A stretch of DNA of 52,601 nt from a virus (lineage: Duplodnaviria; Caudoviricetes), in the IMG/VR virus record IMGVR_UViG_3300045131_001121, positions 1-52,601 of that record. One strand, written 5' to 3'. A model generated the notes under the pieces. The model ran no database searches. It saw nothing but the letters and a program-made list of their open reading frames with translations, and was not told the origin of the DNA. Below are positions 47,901 to 52,601 of the stretch, piece after piece (positions within the stretch are counted from its first letter, which is position 1; each line of letters begins with the position of its first letter). The translations under genes and the position numbers were made by a program.

Positions 47901-49442
47901 ATAATACGCAGCTGATGCGGATATTATCATACTTCCACTAAATGTAGAAAATGTGTTAACTATAAATCCCCTATCAGGCGAAATTGATGCCGTTGCCGAA
48001 CCACTACTAATTTTAGTAAGGTCCAAATCTCTAAGGGCTGATACTGGTATATCAAATAATCTATCTCCACTACCAGAATAAGATGAACCAGATGCAATTT
48101 CAATACCTCTAGCTCCACTTACAAAAAGTGAACCTGTGAATTGAGAACCACTATCAATTGAAACTACTCTAAATCCAAAATCAGGTGATACAGATGCGGT
48201 TACACTACCACTTGATATTACAGTACTCAGTAAAGCATCGGGAGTTAATGCAGAACGAGGAATATCAGATAATCCTTTACCGCTACCACTAAAAAATGAA
48301 CCGGTTGCAACTCTTATATTACCACCACTCACAAATAATGAGCCTGTAAATTGTGAACCACTTGCTAATGAGATTACTTTAAATCCTTCATTTGGACTAA
48401 CCGATGCAGTTACACTTCCAGTTGCTATCAATGTTGCTACTAAAGCATCAGGAGTTAATGCGGAACGAGGAATATCAAATAAACCTCTACCACTTCCACT
48501 AAACATAGATGCGGATACTCCAAACTGAAATGTTGAAAATGTATTTACAACAAATCCAGTATTTGGTGCGATTGATGCCGTTGCAGAACCACTAGCTATT
48601 CTAGTAGCTACTAGTGAATCAATATTAAGTGCCGATAATGGAATATTAAATAATCCCTCACCACTACCACTAAAGAATCCACTTCCAGATGGTATTACAA
48701 CATTTCCACTTACAAAAAGTGAACCAGTAAATTTAGAACCACTAGCTATTGATGTTACTACAAATCCAGTATTTGGTGCTACTGATGCTGTTACACTACC
48801 ACTTGCTAATCTAGTAGCTTGTGGTAAATTAAATAAATCTCTTGCATCTCCAAAAAATGAACCAGTAAATGAACCAGTAAATGAAGAACCGGTAATATTG
48901 TTACCAATTAATTCACTTTGTATTCTTACAGATCCTGTAAATTGTTGTATGTTTTGGTCTACATTACCAAATATATTTGAACCAGATGAAAATACTATTG
49001 ATGATGAAACTATATTTACAATAATTTGGTCAGCAAAAATAGATTCATCAACTATTAAATTACCTTGAATTCTAGTATTTGTATTAACAAACAAATCACC
49101 TTCTTTAAAAGATGCAGTTGCCGAACCACTAGCTATAAATGTTGCTGCTGGTAAATTAAATAAATCTCTACCGTCTCCAAAGTAAGAGCCGGTAAAAGAA
49201 CCGGTAAAAGAACCAGTAAATGTACCAGTCGCTCTATCTAAATCTAAACTTCTTACAAATCCTCTATTACCCTGGTCATCCGATACTAATATCGCCGGAG
49301 AACCAGAAAGTGAAGCAGAGAAATTTGGAACACCGAAATTCGGTTCAACTTGAGATAAATCAATGAACTGATATCTGTCTGCCGTTACATTTTTGGGTGA
49401 AATTACCCTTACCCTACCCGTTAATAGATTACTAATTGCCAT
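38940..49442 (-). CDS. 3500-aa giant fibre/appendage protein: SGS-rich ~65-75-aa repeats, three cupredoxin-like domains, ~1000-aa (SGT)n tract, small C-terminal beta domain
   Basis: Repeats RIASGSVTASVSP..GF.V...GSQFTGS...FSGSG.GLFDIP.SAL; GHPF...LYYNCQxHxxMAG.INV x3; C-terminal ITWPATVNWAGG...DGGTSWYG. Confidence 0.8.
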   Translation of the reverse strand: MAISNLLTGRVRVISPKNVTADRYQFIDLSQVEPNFGVPNFSASLSGSPAILVSDDQGNRGFVRSLDLDRATGTFTGSFTGSFTGSYFGDGRDLFNLPAATFIASGSATASFKEGDLFVNTNTRIQGNLIVDESIFADQIIVNIVSSSIVFSSGSNIFGNVDQNIQQFTGSVRIQSELIGNNITGSSFTGSFTGSFFGDARDLFNLPQATRLASGSVTASVAPNTGFVVTSIASGSKFTGSLFVSGNVVIPSGSGFFSGSGEGLFNIPLSALNIDSLVATRIASGSATASIAPNTGFVVNTFSTFQFGVSASMFSGSGRGLFDIPRSALTPDALVATLIATGSVTASVSPNEGFKVISLASGSQFTGSLFVSGGNIRVATGSFFSGSGKGLSDIPRSALTPDALLSTVISSGSVTASVSPDFGFRVVSIDSGSQFTGSLFVSGARGIEIASGSSYSGSGDRLFDIPVSALRDLDLTKISSGSATASISPDRGFIVNTFSTFSGSMIISASAAYYPSESLDKVFNVTNDDTAAYRFNGNTINQNPTITLVRGVTYTFNINASGHPFYIKTISSNGTGNTYDTGVTNNGEDLGTIEFVVPYDAPSILYYNCQYHIAMAGVINVVDAFLQRRPEVLIIGDVIVSGSLNVSQPAIFKSTITASMFTGSGAGLFDIPESALSFSPSRIASGSITASVSPTFGFKVESPLSGSQFTGSVDISGSLRVFQVFTNEVSGSDISGSFQGDGSRLTGIIVSPQVATKIVSGSVTASVSPVEGFVVTSVTAGSTFVGNLFVSGNISITSGSVYSGSGANLFDIPESALSFSPNKIASGSVTASVSPEFGFRVESSQSGSQFTGSIFVSGSIELYSGSFSGSGDKLFNIPISALSNLDTSKIFSGSVTASISPNKGFQVFADVSNFSGSISASVFSGSGRGLFDIPQSALSSEVFRISSGSVTASVSPVFGFRVESFESGSDFSGSIRIDSSSFIYSEGTFLRNIPRNALTEEALISTEIKSGSVTASVSPNEGFKVTSIASGSQFSGSLFVSGGYIRVETGSFFSGSGAGLSDIPESALSFKINRIASGSVTASISPDFGLTVNTFSTISGSFIVSSSARPIPNYEIDTTFIVTNEGSGLYNISNRLVSGSNPTLTLVRNVNYTFSVNASGHPFWIKTVNSTGTENNYGSWVMNNGDDVGDITFLVSGSAPDTLYYNCQLHSSMAGTINVVDALYVPAEIKLIGETKVIGNVTASMFSGSGKGLFDIPQSAISGDTVRIASGSVTASVSPAFGFRVASFESGSDFSGSIRIDSSSFIYSLGTFLREIPRAALTEDALVSSEIKSGSVTASVSPDFGFKVTTPFTSSLSFDNVFTVTNDGSGNYNISNGLLSGSNPTLTLHRNYEYVFNVNATGHPFWINSASAIGTNSGYYSWVTNNGEDNGQIRFLVSGSAPNTLYYNCQLHSSMAGTINVVNGNPNFIYDTQIGSRLTGSVDISGSLFINEISGGLFLASSSVYYGEGTFLRNIPRSALTEDALVSTEIKSGSITASVSPDFGFRVQTTSTGSQIGSQFTGSIDVSGSVRAFAFIGDGSQITNVQAAASPLIASGSATASVASGDRFVVTTGATGSGQDVQFGSQFTGSVDISGSIKAQFILGDGSFITNVQAAAAPFIGSGSATASVQSGDSFVVTTGATGSAIGSRFTGSIDVSGSIRAFSFSGDGSQLTNVQASAAPLIASGSATASVQSGIQFIVTTKGNFSSVGSNSGSYYGAIFTGSVNISGSMSASRFDGDGGGLFNIPASALEDLQLDRIQSGSGRAIIDPNKLDVNVPITAALYIGDGGGLFNIPANALQDLKLDRIISGSVEGVISPNKGLEINTSVRIFSGSLTVSGSIFVSGGNVIAASGSSFIGDGSGLRNINIANLAFETSLLQSGSVTAQISPNLGLVVNTSASIQGDLDVSNKILVNNITASGVIKSQLFSGSFLGTYNFQGAGATASAEYDILRFNPTQGYFIPQPETSLTETVSFNNVSDLTIVHNLDIRYPIVQVYATGSEDQIMAGTIKSIDNNTIQVKFAGLTSGHVVIGSGGSLISGTIGGDRVFGEVLSASFARKALLADAVTGFDSASLVSLSASLANANAYVRNDQTSSMRVFSAVSASYALTASYALNAGQGGGTELFIYQTSSLVKAQVGKIHFTGSGVDVIASGSDGVLVRILGGGGSGGGTGDLLSSQTSSMLVGTASLAFTASYAMFALASGNTDTASFLQINTNSTINASLTISGSLGVTGSVFLGNLISGSAEDVVVWNSANKRLERRNIAGVQGSSGTSGESGTNGSEGTSGTSGTSGTSGTSGTSGVDGTSGTSGTSGTSGTSGVDGTSGTSGTSGTSGTSGTSGTSGTSGTSGTSGTTGSEGTSGTSGTSGTSGTSGTSGTSGTSGTSGTRGTSGTSGTSGTSGTSGTSGSGGTSGTSGTSGTSGTSGTSGTSGSGGTSGTSGTSGSGGSSGTSGSGGSSGTSGTSGTSGTSGTAGSGGTAGSSGTSGSTGTGGSSGTSGTSGTSGTSGGTGSSGTSGTAGTSGTSGTSGTSGIDGTSGTSGTSGSDGISGTSGTSGTSGTSGTSGTSGSTGSDGTSGTSGTSGTSGTSGSEGSSGTSGTSGTSGTSGTSGSSGTSGIDGTSGTSGTSGTSGTSGTSGTSGTSGTSATSGTSGSDGTSGTSGTSGTNGSEGTSGTSGTSGTSGTSGSDGTSGTSGTSGTSGIGTDGTSGTSGTSGINGTSGTSGSDGTSGTSGTSGTNGSEGTSGTSGTSGINGTSGTSGTSGSDGTSGTSGSSGTNGTSGTSGTSGIDGTSGTSGTSGSDGTSGTSGTSGTSGTSGTSGVNGTFFGSSGTSGIDGSSGTSGSSGTSGTSGTSGSDGTSGVNGTFFGSSGTSGIDGTSGTSGINGTSGTSGVSGTDGTSGTSGLNGTFFGSSGTSGTSGSDGTSGVSGTSGISGTDGTSGTSGVNGTFFGSSGTSGESGTSGTSGSDGTSGTSGTSGISGTSGLDGTLFGSSGTSGTSGSDGTSGTSGTSGTSGISGTSGLDGTFFGSSGTSGISGSDGTSGTSGTSGTSGTSGISGTSGLDGTLFGSSGTSGTSGTSGTSGTSGTSGTSGISGTSGVNGTFFGSSGTSGSDGTSGTSGISGTSGSSGTSGISGSSGVNGTFFGSSGTSGTSGSDGTSGSSASNGTSGTSGVSGTSGVNGTMFGSSGTSGINGSEGSGGSGGTSGTSGTNAPGFSSGTSGTSGISGTDGSAGTSGTNAPGFSSGTSGTSGQTGTSGTSGTNAPGFSSGTSGVSGTSGTSGSGGTSATGVTSGTSGTNGFALNGSTNNGLLTYQDSPVQANIESNLTYDGSTLTIVGNTTQTGDITLTGGLDASTYLEATAYREIYNNLGTGASTPIDCSTANNFRRQFNGTATVTFINVPVGKAFGFTLLTVNAGAFVITWPATVNWAGGIQPVLTSSGEDVLVFYTFDGGTSWYGFTIAKNLS
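39440..42525 (-). repeat. (Ser-Gly-Thr)n tract, ~1030 aa, punctuated by GT(F/L/M)FG x10 and NAPGF x3
   Basis: Read directly from the translation. Confidence 0.95.
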
Positions 49443-49510
49443 GCGTTACTTTCCAGCTTTTTTATAAATATCAAAAATCAACTATAAATATTAATAGAAG
49501 ATATATATCG

Positions 49511-50428
49511 TTATTCGTTTGCACTTTCTAACAAAGAAAGAACTACAGTTAATTGAGATGAGCCGGATACTATGAAACCATACGTTTCTTCTAATACCAA
49601 TTTACCCGAAACTACCGGTGAAAGTGAATCGGCTGCTGGTATTGTTACGTTAGTTACCAATCTCACAGCTTCTTGTTCTACAAAAACAGGAGCTTCGATT
49701 GTTTTTTTAATTACATCTACTAAAGAATTTACAACATATATAGATGCAGAAAGTCCAGTATTAGTTCCATTATTGAACGATGACAATACAGATTGAGTAA
49801 CTCCACCTTGAAATAATAATGGTGAAAGTGCAGAACCAGTTACAGATTCGTTTTTTATAATTTGATTTGATAATACTTTTAAATAATCCAAAGCAAATAT
49901 AGATGCAGAATATTCAGTAGTATCAATAAGAGATACTCCATTTTTATCAAAATATGCTTTTGCTGCTTTGTTTGTTCGGATTGTTGTATTATTAACAATA
50001 TCATACTTTATTGCGTCCACATCATCTAAAGTATTTTGTTCAAAGTAAGATGATATAAAAGTAAATGGAGTTTCCGATAAACTATTTTGATTGGATGTGT
50101 ATGCTGCTATTTCTTTTCTTAAAAATTGTCTATTTGCATTTAATAATAAAGATGCACTAGCAAAACTACCACTAAAATTTAGTAAACTTACAGAAGCACT
50201 AACAAAAGCACTTCCACTATATATGTCACCAAATTCAGGTATAGGTATTTCTTTGTTAGATGTTACAAATATAGTAACAGGTTGTGTTATCAAACTATTA
50301 TTTGTAATTTGACAAGACAATACAATCGATGATACACCCGCTGGTGTTGTATATATTTCATCAGGTTCACCAGTCAATCCTGTTACTACTGACTGAAACC
50401 GATTTAAGGGTACAAAAACTTCTGCCAT
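49511..50428 (-). CDS. Virion adaptor-like protein with an inserted helical repeat unit
   Basis: N- and C-termini resemble 36926..37258; the middle (LLNANRQFLRKEIAAY...VDAIKYDIV) resembles the repeat of the upstream gene. Confidence 0.7.
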   Translation of the reverse strand: MAEVFVPLNRFQSVVTGLTGEPDEIYTTPAGVSSIVLSCQITNNSLITQPVTIFVTSNKEIPIPEFGDIYSGSAFVSASVSLLNFSGSFASASLLLNANRQFLRKEIAAYTSNQNSLSETPFTFISSYFEQNTLDDVDAIKYDIVNNTTIRTNKAAKAYFDKNGVSLIDTTEYSASIFALDYLKVLSNQIIKNESVTGSALSPLLFQGGVTQSVLSSFNNGTNTGLSASIYVVNSLVDVIKKTIEAPVFVEQEAVRLVTNVTIPAADSLSPVVSGKLVLEETYGFIVSGSSQLTVVLSLLESANE

Positions 50429-50453
50429 TTCTTTTTATTTTTATTTTCTTTTT

Positions 50454-52601
50454 TTATATTTGTAGTGCTAATGAGAACGGAGTTACTAATGAGAATAGAG
50501 ATTTACTAAATGTTCTACCCACCAAAGTACCAGTTGCCTGATTAATACTTAAACCCGTACCAATTCTAAAGTCACCATCCTGATTACCAGATGTGAAGAA
50601 GATTCTACCTCCACCCAATTCAGTAATTTCAAATGCCGGGTCTGCTACACCACTACCTCCCTGATTTGGAGGAAGTGCTTTAAATGTCACACCACTACCA
50701 TTATAAGAGTAGTCAATACCAGTTGCCACAATTAGAGAACCAAATACTTCTAATGGTGCTCCAGCTGCTATAAACTCTGCTCTAGTTCTTAGATAACGAT
50801 TTGTTTCCAATGTTTCTAATAACTGGTCTCTAGTCACAACAACCGCACTTCCGTACTGACCATCGTAATATGAAGATGCTGCTTCAATACCCCTTTCATT
50901 TCCACCATATAATAAATCAGTCACGCATGCATCTACAATAAATCCAGTATCACGTGAACAACTTGCTTCATTATATATTAAATATGGAAAAGCTCCATTT
51001 GTGTATCCAATTGCTCTTTGTTTTAATTCGTCTTTACCGCCTTTTAATCTTTCAGCTGCTTGTCTTCTCTTAGTAGAAGGTGCTAAATAAGTTAATAAAG
51101 TATTTGCTACTATTTTTTCAGATATTCCTCTTGCGAAGTTTATACCATCTATCGTTTGTTTCTTTTGTCCATTATTATCACTATAACTATCCACAATTGC
51201 TACTGATGGGAATTTATAGTAGTATGAACCTGCTTCAATACTTCTTTCATTACCACCATAAACCAAATCAGTTCTAATTGCATCTATGATAAATCCTAAA
51301 TCTCTACTACAACTTGCTTCATTATATTTCAAATTACTCCAAGATGAAGATAAGAATGCTATGGTTTCTTTTTGTATTAATTGTTTGTTATCTGTCAATA
51401 ATTTTGCTGTTGTTATTAGAGATGCCGATGGTTCTAAATAAGTTGGATTGATTACTACTTTTTTAGATAACTTTCCAGCATATCTGATACCAGTCAGAGT
51501 TGGGTCTAATTGATTTAGAGTTGATGGTACACCTTTATTGATTGCGTTAGAAGGATATAAGTAATAATACTGTCCAGCTATCACACTTCTTTCTTGTCCA
51601 CCATATAATACATCCGTTGCTGCTGCATCTATTAGGTAACCAACATCTCTCTTACAAGTTGTTTCGTTATAATATACACCACTCCAAGAAGAAGATACAT
51701 AAGCGATAGTTTCAGCTGCCACAAATGCTTTATTCTTTCTTAATAAATCAAACGATGCTGATGCCTCTACTGATGCGGTTACGAATAGTATGTTTTGTGC
51801 AATCTTTTGTGATATTCTACCTGCGTAGTTTATACCATCAATTGTTTGTCCTAATTGCCCAACACCATCACCATCACCTTCAACGATTGCTAAAGATGGA
51901 TATTCGTAATAGAATTTACCATTCAATACAGTTCTCTCATTACCACCATATAATAAATCGGTAGTAACACCATCTAATATATAACCAGTATCTCTCTTAC
52001 ACTTATCTTTATCATACTCAAATGTACTCCAACTAGCAGTTAAGTAAGCCAGGGTTTCATTTTGTATAAACTCTCTATTCTTTCTTAATAAACTAACCGA
52101 TGCCGATACTATTTGAGATGCTGTCACAAATGTTAATGATGCCGCAACATTTTTAGAAAGTTGTCCTGCGTAATTAACACCTGTCAATGTTGGTTGTAAT
52201 TGTGCACCTTGCGCTTGTGATGGATATAAGTAATAGAACACTCCAGCATTTGTACTTCTTTCGTTTCCACCATATAATAAATCCGTAGAAACTGCATCTA
52301 TAATATGACCAACATCTCTTTTACAAGTTGATTCGATATAAGATGCCGTACTCCAAGAAGAAGATAAGTAAGCAATAGTTTCATTTTGTATAAACTCTCT
52401 ATTCTTTCGTATCAATGCGTATGATGCTGATACAATTGCTGATGCAGTTACATAAGTTACATTTTGAATTACTTTTTGTGCTAACTTACTTGCGTAGTTT
52501 ATTCCATCAAGCGTTTGGTTCAATTGTGCTCCTTGCGCCTGTGATGGATATTGATAATAGAATATACCATTAAATAATGATGCTGAATTTGAGTTAAATA
52601 C
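50454..52601 (-). CDS. Large virion-associated repeat protein, C-terminal part; five ~105-118-aa helical repeats carrying C-x-R-D-x-G...DLLYGGNER
   Basis: The frame stays open to the right edge (...VFNSNSASLFNGIFYYQYPSQAQGAQLNQTL), so the true start is outside the window. Confidence 0.8.
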   Translation of the reverse strand, partial: VFNSNSASLFNGIFYYQYPSQAQGAQLNQTLDGINYASKLAQKVIQNVTYVTASAIVSASYALIRKNREFIQNETIAYLSSSWSTASYIESTCKRDVGHIIDAVSTDLLYGGNERSTNAGVFYYLYPSQAQGAQLQPTLTGVNYAGQLSKNVAASLTFVTASQIVSASVSLLRKNREFIQNETLAYLTASWSTFEYDKDKCKRDTGYILDGVTTDLLYGGNERTVLNGKFYYEYPSLAIVEGDGDGVGQLGQTIDGINYAGRISQKIAQNILFVTASVEASASFDLLRKNKAFVAAETIAYVSSSWSGVYYNETTCKRDVGYLIDAAATDVLYGGQERSVIAGQYYYLYPSNAINKGVPSTLNQLDPTLTGIRYAGKLSKKVVINPTYLEPSASLITTAKLLTDNKQLIQKETIAFLSSSWSNLKYNEASCSRDLGFIIDAIRTDLVYGGNERSIEAGSYYYKFPSVAIVDSYSDNNGQKKQTIDGINFARGISEKIVANTLLTYLAPSTKRRQAAERLKGGKDELKQRAIGYTNGAFPYLIYNEASCSRDTGFIVDACVTDLLYGGNERGIEAASSYYDGQYGSAVVVTRDQLLETLETNRYLRTRAEFIAAGAPLEVFGSLIVATGIDYSYNGSGVTFKALPPNQGGSGVADPAFEITELGGGRIFFTSGNQDGDFRIGTGLSINQATGTLVGRTFSKSLFSLVTPFSLALQI

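Noticed and set aside
5418-49490. T4 gp55-type late promoters (TATAAATA) driving plus-strand transcripts
   Set aside because: They point away from all genes in the window. Positioning fits the reverse complement acting on the minus strand, though antisense activity cannot be excluded.
211-51964. All other short plus-strand ORFs in the track
   Set aside because: They lie antisense to well-supported minus-strand genes and show no recognisable motifs.
1-52601. Stop-codon reassignment
   Set aside because: Genes are long and intact in code 11, and TAA, TAG (8515, 25869) and TGA (5707) all appear to act as stops.

Overview
This window comes from a large, AT-rich, probably lytic tailed phage with a contractile tail. 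Every credible gene is on the minus strand and reads in the standard code. The host is very likely Bacteroidota: eight intergenic promoters match or approximate TTTG-N20-TAnnTTTG, there are no Shine-Dalgarno sites, and one signal peptide is followed by Gln. In transcription order (right to left) it holds: (1) a ~23 kb block of giant virion fibre/appendage genes, including a CxRD repeat protein, a 3500-aa and a 2229-aa fibre with long (Ser-Gly-Thr)n tracts, a BspA-like protein and chaperones; (2) the tail module (sheath, tube, chaperone with a probable +1 frameshift, tape measure, baseplate); (3) a complete tmRNA with a long 23-aa tag, a compact family-A DNA polymerase, a secreted nonspecific nuclease, a 1683-aa multidomain protein and a GH19 endolysin; (4) small early genes; (5) a replication/recombination operon (gp32-like SSB, RecA/UvsX, 5'-3' exonuclease, DnaB helicase, Hc1-like protein, partial class II RNR). 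The best candidate for new biology is a cofactor-bearing appendage system: tandem repeats that resemble the bilin-binding helix of phycobiliproteins (C-x-R-D-x-G...GG), next to a fibre with three intact type-1 copper (cupredoxin) ligand sets and proline-free Gly-X-Y tracts. All family assignments come from motif recognition by eye, not from database searches.
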